From: a candidate division FCPU426 bacterium
GTDB lineage: Bacteria > Oederibacteriota > Muellerivitia > Muellerivitales > Muellerivitaceae
Assembly (NCBI GenBank): GCA_963830915.1
Contig: CAWHOE010000047.1
Coordinates: 1-64,000 of the forward strand
Length of the DNA stretch: 64,000 bases
Direction of reading: 5' to 3'
Shown here: in pieces, positions 1 through 9,462 of the stretch
Layout of the letters: each line of letters opens with the position of its first letter
Numbering within the stretch: the stretch's first letter is position 1
Position numbers and translations under genes: made by a program
The notes under the pieces: generated by a model
The model's database searches: none
Seen by the model: the letters and a program-made list of their open reading frames with translations, nothing else
What the model was told of the DNA's origin: nothing

Positions 1-308
1 GCCATGAGCCAATAGCTCGGCATCGCCCCCGCCAGCGCCAGGCCCGCGCCGGCGAGGAAGAGCCCGAGCGCGATGAGCCACGGCATCGAGCGCCGGTCGG
101 CGAGGGCTCCGATCATTGGCTGAACGACCGAGGAGCTGATGCTCGCGAAGAGCACCAAACCGGCCGCGGCCGTATAGGAGAGGCCGCGTTCGGCGATCAG
201 AAACGGAAGCAGCGCCGGCAGCGCGCTCTGGTTGACGTCGTCGAAGAGGTGCGCGAACGCCAGCACCGCCATCCCGCGCCCATCCAGCTCGCCGCTCGCG
301 ACCCTCAC
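1..308 (-). CDS. MFS transporter, Fsr (fosmidomycin resistance)-like; N-terminal part, runs off the window edge
   Basis: Manual translation gives (V)RVASGELDGRGMAVLAFAHLFDDVNQSALPALLPFLIAERGLSYTAAAGLVLFASISSSVVQPMIGALADRRSMPWLIALG, matching the Fsr-type N-terminus and an MFS motif-A-like GALADR. Alternative ATG at 272. Not in the ORF track. Confidence 0.8.
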   Translation of the reverse strand, partial: MRVASGELDGRGMAVLAFAHLFDDVNQSALPALLPFLIAERGLSYTAAAGLVLFASISSSVVQPMIGALADRRSMPWLIALGLFLAGAGLALAGAMPSYWLM

Positions 309-400
309 GCTCGCTTTCTCTCGCGTTCCCCTCGTTCGCCATGCCTAAGATTCTCGCACGCGTCCAGCGATAGGTCAAATAGATAGTCATGATCGAATCG

Positions 401-415
401 ATAAGCAAAAGCTAT
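401..415. promoter_or_regulatory. Putative LysR-type operator (ATA-N9-TAT / T-N11-A) overlapping a divergent start codon
   Basis: ATAAGCAAAAGCTAT overlaps ATG GAA CTT CG (M-E-L-R, a typical LysR start), divergent from the MFS gene. Confidence 0.5.
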
Positions 416-439
416 GGAACTTCGTAGTCTTCACTCGAT

Positions 440-512
440 TTTCCGCGTTCAGCCTGGCGAAAATATAGGGCGGGAATTTTTTGATGAGGTTGGATTCGGT
501 CTGAAAGGCCAT
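440..512 (-). pseudogene. N-terminal stub of a class I/II aminotransferase (AlaC/LL-DAP-aminotransferase-like), cut at the junction
   Basis: ATG at 512 reads MAFQTESNLIKKFPPYIFARLNAE, with the typical PPYxFAxLN N-terminal motif. Similarity is lost at about 440. Confidence 0.6.
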
Positions 513-596
513 TTTCTTCTCCGGAACGATTTGAGGGACACAGGTTAAAACAAAAGAAATGATTTTAAAATCAATTTCTTAAGGCCCGCTACCGGA

Positions 597-1519
597 TCAA
601 AGCTTGATCTTGGGCAGGCTGGCGAACCGGTAGAAAGCCTTGGCCCTGGCCTCAACCTTTTGACGGGTGAGCTTGGAGATGCTGGAGACGCCCAATCCTT
701 CCACCGTGAAGGAGGCTGTCAAACTGCCCACTACGATGGCTTGTTTGAGGTTTTCAAAGGTCACTTGGCCCTGGCGGGCCAGGTAGCCGATGAATCCTCC
801 GGCGAAGGTATCCCCCCGCCCCTGTCGGGTCCACCACCCGGTCTAAAGGCATGGCCGGGGAAAGGAAAGTGCCTTCCGGCCCGATCAGCATGGCCCCGTG
901 CTCACCCTTTTTGACGATGACCCTTTTCGGTCCCATTTTCAGCACCGCGCGCGCGGCGTTCTTGAGGTGGGACTCGCCGGTCAAAAGCTTCACTTCCTGG
1001 TCGTTCAATACCACCATATCGACCTTGCCGATCACCTTGACCAGTTCCTTGCGGGCGATATTGATCCAAAGGTTCATGGTATCCAGCAGGGCGAATTTGG
1101 GCCGATTCATCTGGGTCAAGACCTTGTACTGGAGCGCCGGGTGGATATTGGCCAGGAAGAGGAATGGGATGTCGCGGTGCTTCAGGGGTATCTTCGGGTC
1201 GAATTGGGCGAAAACGTTCAATTCGGTCTTCAGGGTGTAAGCCACGTTCATATCTTCCTTCTTATAGAAGCCCTTCCAGAAGAAAGTCTTGCCCTTGGCC
1301 CGGACCAAGCCGTCCAATCCGATCTTTTTGGATTCTGAAGAGCTGAAGGTCCTGGGCGCGGAAGTCCTCGCCTACCACCCCGACCAGGTGGGTCTGGGTA
1401 TATAAGGAGGAAGCCAGGCTGGAATAGGTGGCCGCTCCGCCCAAAGTGCGGGGCGTGGAACCATAGGGGGTCTTTAATCCGTCATAGGCGACCGAACCGA
1501 CGATCAATACTTGTGACAT
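597..1519 (-). CDS. PfkB-family carbohydrate/nucleoside kinase with two frameshifts (probably sequencing errors)
   Basis: N-terminal GSVAYD...LGGAATY (1262-1519); middle segment 754-1317; removing one G from the run at 812-817 restores DPTGAGDTFAGGFIGYL and reads on to a TGA at 597-599. Confidence 0.85.
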
Positions 1520-1606
1520 ATTTCAAAACCTTTCTTATTTGTTTTATGTAAAAGGATACGATTTTCTTGGTGCCCTTGGTGGTGAAAAAATCAGTTTTGT
1601 TTGGGT

Positions 1607-2052
1607 TTAGGACTCGTCCGCGAAAAGAACATATCCCCGGTAGGTACAGAAAACGACGAACACCAGCATGGCCAATATGAAATCCCCGGTCAGTTTCAAG
1701 ATCAGCGGGTTGTCCTCATGCTTGTTGCACTTAACCCTCAGGCCATGGGCCGTCTCGCCCACGAAATAGTAATGTTTTTCGTGATCGTAGGTCAGGGGCG
1801 TCATGAAGCCCCCCGAACCAAGGCGTTCTCATCGATCTCATTCTTGTCGGTGAAGGGTTTGTCCGGATGGGCCTGGTTGAACTGGTTGACGGCTTTTTGC
1901 AGGGTGGCGACCCGAGCGTAGCAATCCAGTTCATCCTTGGGGATCAGGGTCTGGCGCAGGCCGAAAACGGCGAAGAAAGTCACGACCCAGGAGATGGCGT
2001 AGATCGTCAGGCCTTTTTTCCAGGTCAGTTGGGTTTTCTTTTTCTTGTCCAT
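1607..2052 (-). CDS. Hypothetical membrane protein, probably one gene split at a G6 run (or two genes with an ATGA overlap)
   Basis: ORFs 1801-2052 and 1607-1804 join as ...ALVRGGFMTPLTY... if one G is added at 1809-1814. Hydrophobic helix at each end. Confidence 0.55.
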
Positions 2053-2132
2053 GGTTCCCCCGAAATTTGGATGAGTATATCAAAAGGCCGTCGGTTTTGA
2101 GGGATTTTTATGCTTTTAGGCTTAACCAGGTG

Positions 2133-2681
2133 TCAGGGCGAGGAAGAAACTTCCAACTCCTGGAGTTTAGGCCCGAACACGTCCCCCACCTTGTTCCCAG
2201 CCGTGATCAGCACATAGGCGAAAACGCCCAACATCAGGGCCAAGATAGCGAAGGTCCAGAAATGGCGCGATTCGAACTTCTTGATGGTCCTGGCGAAAGC
2301 GAGGAAACCGATCACGGCCGCGACCACGATGACCGCGTCCACGCTCACCCTTTGCCAGTAGCTCCCGCCCAAGTGCAGCCACATGCCGAACTCATCGAAC
2401 GTCAGCGCCAGGGCCACCCCGTAAAAAAGAGCGGTCACCTCCGCCGCCCGGCCCGTGGGCCTGCGGAACACGCTGTAACCCGCCACGAAGGAAAGAAGGA
2501 AAATGCCGTAGTTCAAATGATGGACATGGGTGCCTTGAAGGAAAAAGTACATATTCGGCATCTGGTGGGACATGATCAGGAAGACGAACACCCTCGCCAG
2601 GATGAAGGTCAGGATGAACCCGAAAAGGGTCCGACGGGCCAGCCGATGGGTGGTTTCACGATAGGAATGTTCGGTAGTCAC
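2133..2681 (-). CDS. Conserved-type integral membrane protein
   Basis: 182 aa, about 5 TM segments, HVHHLNYGI and ALTFDEFGMWLHL motifs. Confidence 0.7.
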   Translation of the reverse strand: MTTEHSYRETTHRLARRTLFGFILTFILARVFVFLIMSHQMPNMYFFLQGTHVHHLNYGIFLLSFVAGYSVFRRPTGRAAEVTALFYGVALALTFDEFGMWLHLGGSYWQRVSVDAVIVVAAVIGFLAFARTIKKFESRHFWTFAILALMLGVFAYVLITAGNKVGDVFGPKLQELEVSSSP

Positions 2682-3373
2682 TTCCCTTCACCATCCTTCC
2701 CTAATTCGTAGATATCCTTGGGTTCCAATATTGACTTGGGGGATTCTCCCTTTCCAGCGCGGATCATGGCCTGGCCCAAGCTTCTGGGCGTCAGCACCCA
2801 GCCCGGAAAGAGTTTACCCATCATAGGAAGAATGGGTCCCAGCACATCGTACATGACCCGGTAAAGACGGGTCCGAGACTTGAACCCTTTCAAAGGCTGG
2901 AGCGCCCCCAGACGGAACATGACCGCCGATTTGAATCGCATCTTCATTAGTTCGTTCTCGGTCCGGCCCTTCACCCTGGCCCACATGACCGGACCTTTTT
3001 CGGTGGAATCGGTCCCGCCGCCCGAAACATAACAGAACGACAGGTTCTTATTGAGTTTTAATAGGAGTTTAGCGATTTTCACGGGCAGGTCATGATTGTA
3101 TTTGGCGTATTCGGCCTCGCTCAACCCAGCCGCAGAGACACCCACCGTGAAAAAACAAGCGTCAAAACCTTTCAACTTATTGGAGAACGCTTCCAGGTCG
3201 AACAGGTCCGGTACCAGTAATTCTTTCAGTTTTGGATGGTTCATCCCGCATTCCCTGCGCCCTACCGATAAAACCTCACGGACGCTTGGGTCATTCAAGC
3301 ACTCGCTCAACACCGCCGCCCCGACCATTCCACTGGCCCCGAAAAGTATGATTTTTTGCTTGTTTATTTTCAT
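2678..3373 (-). CDS. NAD(P)-binding epimerase/dehydratase-like protein (atypical SDR)
   Basis: GASGMVG Rossmann motif, MWARVKGRTEN; ATGA overlap with the downstream gene. Confidence 0.85.
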   Translation of the reverse strand: MKINKQKIILFGASGMVGAAVLSECLNDPSVREVLSVGRRECGMNHPKLKELLVPDLFDLEAFSNKLKGFDACFFTVGVSAAGLSEAEYAKYNHDLPVKIAKLLLKLNKNLSFCYVSGGGTDSTEKGPVMWARVKGRTENELMKMRFKSAVMFRLGALQPLKGFKSRTRLYRVMYDVLGPILPMMGKLFPGWVLTPRSLGQAMIRAGKGESPKSILEPKDIYELGKDGEGK

Positions 3374-3508
3374 AACCGATGATTCCTTTTAATTTTCGTT
3401 CACCCAAATGTCGTGGAAATCCAAAACCTCGGCGCGATTCACCAAAGAATCAATGACCGTGTTGATCACAAGATTATATAACCCATAATCCAAACCAGGG
3501 TCCAATCT

Positions 3509-3676
3509 CCTTCCGGTGGGTGCTCGGTCTTTCCGGGGGCCGGAAAAAGCCCTTCCGGTGGGCGCTCGGTCTTTCCGGGGGCCGGAAAAAGCCCTTCCGG
3601 TGGGCGCTCGGTCTTTCCGGGGGCCGGAAAAAGCCCTTCCGGTGGGTGCCCAACCTTTCCGGGGGCCGGAAACAAC
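3509..3676. repeat. 4 x 42-bp intergenic tandem repeat
   Basis: Unit CCTTCCGGTGGGYGCTCGGTCTTTCCGGGGGCCGGAAAAAGC starts at 3509, 3551 and 3593, with a diverged copy at 3635. Each unit holds a TTTCCGG-GGG-CCGGAAA hairpin. Confidence 0.95.
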
Positions 3677-3708
3677 CTGTCCAGCGGTGTCCGGTGGGCG
3701 GAAATAAC

Positions 3709-3749
3709 GGTTCCGGTGGCTTATGGAATCCTATCGTGCCACCGGAACC
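3709..3749 (-). terminator. 12-bp inverted repeat just downstream of the PorV-like gene
   Basis: GGTTCCGGTGGC-N17-GCCACCGGAACC immediately after the stop at 3751. The U-tail is weak. Confidence 0.5.
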
Positions 3750-3750
3750 C

Positions 3751-5241
3751 TTATTTCCCAGGGCCGTTGTAATCCACCCGCAAGATCTCGGTTGGGGAGC
3801 TTTCGGTTCCATCCCCCGCCAAAGCGGTCAATAGGAACCGGTAGGTTTGGCCGGGTTTAAGCTTCTTTAAGACCACTTGATCATCCGTGATGGGTTCTTG
3901 ATTCAGCTTTTTTTCCTGCTCGCCCTGCTCATCCGCCCGATACAGGTTAAATCCCGCCACATTCTTGGATTCGACCTTATCCCATACCAGCTTGAGCCCT
4001 TCTGGCACCGATTGAGCCTGGAACCCAGTCGGGGGAAAAAGACTGGATTCTTCCGGGACAATGGATAGTTGCGCCATGGGGCTTTGGCCCCCGTTCGGCC
4101 CAATAGCCTCTACACCGAATGTATACTCCTGACCCGCCTTGAGATGCCTCAAGGTGACCGAGGTATCGGTCAAAGGATGGGAGGTCAGTTTTGTGAAAAC
4201 CTCCGCCTCCGGCTTCTTCACATAAAGGCAATAACCGGTCACGTCCGCGGAAGTCGGGGGTCTCCATTTCAGGTATAAGCCGTCGTTCGAATTCATCCCC
4301 TGAAAAGAGGTCGGACAAGGCATTTCTTCCCTCGCCCCCTCCTCGAACCGGCAAAGGAGCGAAAGACGGTGGGTAGAGCCAAGAACGGCGAAAGGTTCGT
4401 AAGCGTAATCCAATTGAAAATAAGAAAAACGAACCCCGACCCCCGCCGTCAGGCTTTCCTCCGCCGAGTTCCCCACATAACCGGCCCGAAGGGCGAAAAG
4501 GTCCTGGTACCAATATTCCACTCCCCCGCCCCATCGCTTCGCCTGGGAATTGAACTGATAAGCCCCATCCAGCGCCAGCTCCAGGCTGTGCTGGGGGAGG
4601 CTGAGGGGTTTCCATTCCAAACCGGCCCGAACCAGTGTAGGGATGTCGGTATTTTGGTTGAGGATCCGGAACATCCCAAGGTTCTGGACGCTGGCGGCGA
4701 AAGCCAACCGCGGTAGGGCCCTGATACGGAACCCCACATCGCCCAAAAAGCCGGTCCCTTGCACATCCCCTATCTGGCGTTGGATATATTTGACCGAAGC
4801 TCCCAATTGGAACCAATCGAGGGGAATGCCGTATCCCAGGATGAAAGCCATATCCTCGGCCGATACGGTCGGGGTATTGGGGTCGATCGTGCTGTTGAAG
4901 GGGGCGGTGCCCGAGTTGATGAATCCCAAGCCGATCACGCCCGCTTCACCCATCGGCACCGCGGCGCTGATGTAATCGAAGGAAATATCCGATACGAACT
5001 GGTAATGGTCGTAACCCAGTTCGGGGATCTGGACCCTGGCCAGACCGGCCGGATTATATAAAAGAGAGTCGACATCATCCCCTATGGCGGTGAAGGCTTG
5101 CCCCATGCCGGCGGGCCTGGCGCTAGGGACAACCAGAAGAAAATCCGTTCCTGACGTGAGCGCGCCCATGGCTGTGAAGGAAGGACCCATCAGCAACAAG
5201 AACAGGAAGGCCAGGAATAGGTGGAGAGTGGTTTTTCTCAC
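3751..5241 (-). CDS. PorV/PorQ-family (UPF0164-like) outer-membrane beta-barrel with two C-terminal fibronectin type III domains
   Basis: Signal peptide, FLLVVPSARPAGMGQAFTAIGDDVDSLLYNPAGL, LRAGY, LDYAY...LGSTHRLSL, then two FN3-like repeats (LKW...GY.LY...L.AGQEY.F.V.A). Confidence 0.8.
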   Translation of the reverse strand: MRKTTLHLFLAFLFLLLMGPSFTAMGALTSGTDFLLVVPSARPAGMGQAFTAIGDDVDSLLYNPAGLARVQIPELGYDHYQFVSDISFDYISAAVPMGEAGVIGLGFINSGTAPFNSTIDPNTPTVSAEDMAFILGYGIPLDWFQLGASVKYIQRQIGDVQGTGFLGDVGFRIRALPRLAFAASVQNLGMFRILNQNTDIPTLVRAGLEWKPLSLPQHSLELALDGAYQFNSQAKRWGGGVEYWYQDLFALRAGYVGNSAEESLTAGVGVRFSYFQLDYAYEPFAVLGSTHRLSLLCRFEEGAREEMPCPTSFQGMNSNDGLYLKWRPPTSADVTGYCLYVKKPEAEVFTKLTSHPLTDTSVTLRHLKAGQEYTFGVEAIGPNGGQSPMAQLSIVPEESSLFPPTGFQAQSVPEGLKLVWDKVESKNVAGFNLYRADEQGEQEKKLNQEPITDDQVVLKKLKPGQTYRFLLTALAGDGTESSPTEILRVDYNGPGK

Positions 5242-7382
5242 CGGCGGTATACCAGGACTTTCTTGATCTGGGTGGGGTCAGGCCCCTTGATGACGATCAT
5301 GTACAGCCCTGTTTCCACGGGCTGTCCTCCGTCATCCAGCCCATCCCAAGAGGTGACATACCGGCCAGCCGGCTGATTGGCGCTGAAGATAGTGCGGATC
5401 TTCAAACCCTGGATGTTATAGGCCCTCACATCCACTTGACCCGAGTTGTTGAGGATGTAGGTGATCTGGAGCGGCGCCCCGGAAAGGATGTTGAAGTTGT
5501 TGCTGGACAAGTAAAAGCCGGAAACGGTCGGTGTGGATGTCGGGGTGTAGGTAATAGTGGGCGTGAAAGTAACGGTGGGAGTAGCGGTTTTTGTGGGGGT
5601 GTTGGTTGGAGTTGATGTGGAAGTGAAAGTCGGGGTGGGAGGCGGGGTATAAGCCACCAGGTCGTTGATAAGGCCAACGCTTCGAGGGCTGCCCCAACCC
5701 GTGGCCAGGTCATAACCGGTCACAGCCGGGAACTGAGTGGGAGCGCCGTTGTTGCCCGTGGTGATGTCGTGGAAGTCGGTGGTGTAATTGGCCCCTTTCG
5801 CGATGGAGTAAAGGGCGGGATTGGCGAACCCAATAGGTGGTTTCGCCGAGGATAAAGCTTGCTGATTGACCAAGGCCATGAAACCGGCCCAAAGAGGCGC
5901 GGCGGCGCTGGTTCCTCCCTCGTCATCGTCCCCGAAACAAGAATCATAAATATTACAATCCAACCCGACGATGGAAACATCCGGTACGTTGCGGTAGGCA
6001 GTGGACCCAAAGTTGGTCACCATGTTGATGCCGACCTGATAGGTGGGTATGGAATCCCCAGTAAAGAACCCGGACAAGATCCCGCCCGTGGCGGACCATC
6101 CCGAAACGGTATAGTCGATGGTCGATTCGGACGACCATACGCCTGAACTCATGGTCAGATCGGTCGCCCCAACGACGGTTTGGTTAAGCTCATCGTCATT
6201 TCCCAGGCTTGGGTCGTCATAGGGCGGGTCGCCGATAAAAGCCCCCGCTCCTGTGGTTGAGTTACCGTCACCGGAAGCGAGGAAAAAAGATTGTCCCTGG
6301 GCCGCGAACTGGGCCAAGGTCGCGTTCTCCGCGACCCGATCGCTTCCGTTCGTGGAAGAGTCCGAATCGGGGTCCCAACCCCATGAACAACTGATCTGAC
6401 TGCTGGAATCGTCAGTGGCGATACGGTTCAACACATCGATGGGCGGATCGAACCCTCCCGCCATGTAAACCATCTCTTGGTTGAGCCCAGGCGCCATGGA
6501 CATACCCATTTCGATATCCAGGACCACTTCCACTTCGGGTTGACCATCGGCGACCGAACAGTCGATGGTGGTCGAGGCGCTCACGCTGTCCAAATAAACA
6601 TTGCTCAAGGGCACGTTGATCACGGGCGAGCAAGAAGAACCATAAGTGGTGACGTCGGCCGGGGCATAGACGGTGAATTCGACAAAAGCCAACGATTGAC
6701 CCGCCCCCGTCATACCCACTCCCGGCACGTAAGCGTTACGGTAATCGTAGCATTTGAATTCCCCGCCCGTTCCCGAACCACCCAAATTGGGTCTGTGGAT
6801 AGCGGTCCTTCGATACCTGGGTTTGTGTCGTTTCTCGTTATTGAGCCCATACACATGGACCAGGGGCACATCCAAGTCGACCGAGGGTTCTTGATCGGAC
6901 CCGTAGAAAACAGTGCCATCGGGACGGAGATAATCGTTCAGCTTCACATGGAACGCGTCCTCGATATTCCGGCTTGGGCCGACCACATCCAGGACCATAC
7001 GGTTGGGATGGGTCGCGGTCACCTTCAATCCATGGGCTAGGGCGAATGCCTTCAGGGTTTCATAGTCGGCCTCGGTCGGACCGTACATGGAAGTGAATTG
7101 GGCGGGGGTAAGGAAGTGCCGGTATTGGGGACTTCGGGGGTCGTAGAGACGCTTGAGAAGGTCCTGAAGGTCCGCTTCGTTACGCAAAGGCAGGGTGATG
7201 GCCAACCGAACTTGGGAAGTTCCATCATGAGGGCCTACCAAGGTCGCCTTGGAGGACGAATAAGACTTGTGCCCGTGTAAAACCTGTCGGGAGGCGGCCC
7301 GGCTAGCGGACGTAAGCCCTAACAGAAGCAACAAACCCAGGAATGACCAAAAGAAAGGTTTTAAGTCCGTATTGATACCCAT
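5238..7382 (-). CDS. Secreted S53 (sedolisin/kumamolisin) peptidase with pro-domain, Thr/Pro linker and C-terminal FlgD-Ig/T9SS-CTD-like domain
   Basis: Pro-domain (LYDPRSPQYRHFLTPAQFTSMYGPT), catalytic EVVLD, ASGD, GGTSAAAP, Ca-site DITTGNN...GYDLATGWGSP, PTxT linker, C-terminal WDGLDDGGQPVETGLY...KKVLVYRR. Confidence 0.9.
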   Translation of the reverse strand: MGINTDLKPFFWSFLGLLLLLGLTSASRAASRQVLHGHKSYSSSKATLVGPHDGTSQVRLAITLPLRNEADLQDLLKRLYDPRSPQYRHFLTPAQFTSMYGPTEADYETLKAFALAHGLKVTATHPNRMVLDVVGPSRNIEDAFHVKLNDYLRPDGTVFYGSDQEPSVDLDVPLVHVYGLNNEKRHKPRYRRTAIHRPNLGGSGTGGEFKCYDYRNAYVPGVGMTGAGQSLAFVEFTVYAPADVTTYGSSCSPVINVPLSNVYLDSVSASTTIDCSVADGQPEVEVVLDIEMGMSMAPGLNQEMVYMAGGFDPPIDVLNRIATDDSSSQISCSWGWDPDSDSSTNGSDRVAENATLAQFAAQGQSFFLASGDGNSTTGAGAFIGDPPYDDPSLGNDDELNQTVVGATDLTMSSGVWSSESTIDYTVSGWSATGGILSGFFTGDSIPTYQVGINMVTNFGSTAYRNVPDVSIVGLDCNIYDSCFGDDDEGGTSAAAPLWAGFMALVNQQALSSAKPPIGFANPALYSIAKGANYTTDFHDITTGNNGAPTQFPAVTGYDLATGWGSPRSVGLINDLVAYTPPPTPTFTSTSTPTNTPTKTATPTVTFTPTITYTPTSTPTVSGFYLSSNNFNILSGAPLQITYILNNSGQVDVRAYNIQGLKIRTIFSANQPAGRYVTSWDGLDDGGQPVETGLYMIVIKGPDPTQIKKVLVYRR

Positions 7383-7478
7383 TCCACATACCTTCTTTGA
7401 AAATATCCGGCTGACTTATTTTCCATCCTTATACCTAAACCCGCTACTGTTTTCGTTTTTTATGGTTTGAAAGGTCTA

Positions 7479-8057
7479 TTACCCGCCAAAGGGAGAATTG
7501 AGCATCCGATAATCCTGTATCCAGGCCAAATGGAAGAAGCCCTTGCGGACGGATACTTCCAGGCGGGTCCCAACTTGGGCCGTGTAATAGAAGGCGGGAG
7601 GGGTCAACAACTCGCAATTCCAACCGTCATTGTCCCAATCAGGGAAATAAAGCAGACGGGCGATGGGATTGGGCCCGTCCTTCAAGCTTCCCCCGAAGGA
7701 AGAGACGTTCTTGCCATTTACCGAGACCACATGGGTTTCCGGGTCGGAATAATCCAATAGGCCATTGGCCAATTGAATACTAAAGCGAAAAAAACAACCC
7801 ACTAAGAAACACAGAACGATGAAAAGGCAGGCCACCAATAGGGTTGGGATCTTTTCTTCCTTAGCGAATTTGAAGGCTTTGTGGGATTTCCAATAGCAAA
7901 AGCCGATCGCGGATAACCCGCACAGAAGGTCCACGACCAAAAAGTCGATATTCTTGACCAAACGGAAATAGATACCGCTCAAGATGTATTCGGCGATCAG
8001 GACAGCGATGAAAACCACGAAAAGTTTGAAGGCTAGAACGGCGTGTCTTGTTTGCAT
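7479..8057 (-). CDS. Hypothetical membrane protein (3 TM plus soluble C-terminal domain)
   Basis: 192-aa ORF with hydrophobic segments. Confidence 0.65.
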   Translation of the reverse strand: MQTRHAVLAFKLFVVFIAVLIAEYILSGIYFRLVKNIDFLVVDLLCGLSAIGFCYWKSHKAFKFAKEEKIPTLLVACLFIVLCFLVGCFFRFSIQLANGLLDYSDPETHVVSVNGKNVSSFGGSLKDGPNPIARLLYFPDWDNDGWNCELLTPPAFYYTAQVGTRLEVSVRKGFFHLAWIQDYRMLNSPFGG

Positions 8058-8081
8058 TAGATAGGATACCTTACAGGATGA

Positions 8082-8912
8082 TTACTTTTTCTTAAAACGG
8101 GCCCTCATGAAATCTACATATTCCTGATCGAACATTTCTTCCCGGGCCTTGATGAATCCTCGGGTGTCATTCCCCACCAGATAACGCAGGCGGTCGGTGT
8201 TGTCGGTGGCAGCCTCATAGATGACCTTGGCCACATCCTCCGAGCTGATGGTCCTGGCCGTTCCCATTTGGGTGAAAGCCTCGTTCGTTCGGTTCACGAA
8301 CTCATCATAATCCTTTAAAAAGGGATCGACCGCCTTGTCACGAGCGGCCCTTTCGGAAAATTGGGTGGCGGTCACCCCGCCATGGGGCTCGACCAGTTTG
8401 ATGATGATGTTTTGGGAAGCCAGTTCATAGGCCAAGGCCTCCGTGAATCCTTCCAATGCGTATTTGCTGGCGCAATAAAGGGAGATCATGGGCAATGTGA
8501 ATAAGCCGGCTCCGGAGCTGATATTGATGATGACGCCCGACTTTTTCTTTCGCATTTGGGGCAACAAAGCCCGGGTAACATCCATCAAACCGAAGAGATT
8601 AACATCGAATTGGTCCCGTATCTTTTCACGAGGGGTAGCCTCAAAAAGACCATATTGGCCATAACCCGCGTTATTGACCAACACATCGATGCTCTCGAAG
8701 CGAGCGATTCCCTCTTGAATAGCCTTGTCGATACTAGTTTGGTCCTGGACATCCAATTTCGTGACCAACATGGAATCGGAAGGCTTCAGGTCCTTTTCCG
8801 CCCCAGGATTTCTCATGGTCGCCACGACATTCCAACCTTTGTCGTTAAAAAGCTGAGCGGTCGCCTTGCCAATTCCAGTTGAACAACCGGTAATAAGAAC
8901 CGTCTTTTTCAT
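8082..8912 (-). CDS. Short-chain dehydrogenase/reductase
   Basis: TGCSTGIG, NNAG, YCASK. Start moved to MKKTVLITG (ATGA overlap with the upstream gene). Confidence 0.92.
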   Translation of the reverse strand: MKKTVLITGCSTGIGKATAQLFNDKGWNVVATMRNPGAEKDLKPSDSMLVTKLDVQDQTSIDKAIQEGIARFESIDVLVNNAGYGQYGLFEATPREKIRDQFDVNLFGLMDVTRALLPQMRKKKSGVIINISSGAGLFTLPMISLYCASKYALEGFTEALAYELASQNIIIKLVEPHGGVTATQFSERAARDKAVDPFLKDYDEFVNRTNEAFTQMGTARTISSEDVAKVIYEAATDNTDRLRYLVGNDTRGFIKAREEMFDQEYVDFMRARFKKK

Positions 8913-9370
8913 TTCGCACTTCTCATTCCAATTGGTTTTTTCACGATTTCCCATTTTTCCACCCCACCCGGAACAGTTCGGAAAGAAGGATGGATTTTGA
9001 TGGCCTTTGGACTCTTCATCAATTTGAACCTTGCGCTATCCCTGACTTTAAGCTTTTTTCTCAAATGGTTCCATTCATACCTAATTTGACCCCGTTTGAC
9101 AGACATGGGGTTTACGGATGATTTCGCGTTCTTCACTTTGGACTTTTCAAAGGAATACCCCCGCCGGTCCGCTTCATTCCAAACTTCAAGAAGGTAACGC
9201 CCTATGGCCTTTTGGGGGGAGCGATGGTCCTTGAAACGGTCCAATTGGGGGTGGTTCTTATAGCCTTTGGTTTTTCCTGCCAGGACTTTTTGGGCCAATA
9301 GTCCTTCCCGCCAAAGGGCTAGGAGACCTTTTGTGTCGAGATATTGAGGATGAAGGGACCATAAGCGCAT
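8909..9370 (-). CDS. Pyrimidine-dimer DNA glycosylase/endonuclease V family protein
   Basis: MRLWSLHPQYLDTKGLLALWREGLLAQKVLAGKTKGYKNHPQLDRF is the family signature. Confidence 0.85.
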   Translation of the reverse strand: MRLWSLHPQYLDTKGLLALWREGLLAQKVLAGKTKGYKNHPQLDRFKDHRSPQKAIGRYLLEVWNEADRRGYSFEKSKVKNAKSSVNPMSVKRGQIRYEWNHLRKKLKVRDSARFKLMKSPKAIKIHPSFRTVPGGVEKWEIVKKPIGMRSAK

Positions 9371-9462
9371 GAATAACTTTCCCAAAGGGACTCACTGGCA
9401 ACCAACGGGAGGTTCAATACTCAGTTTTGTCAAAATATACTAGTTCAGCGGTCCAACCCTTC

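Noticed and set aside
3466..3834. Short ORFs with 14-aa repeats on both strands; possible CRISPR array
   Set aside because: They arise from the 42-bp GC-rich repeat lacking stop codons. There are no unique spacers and no cas genes.
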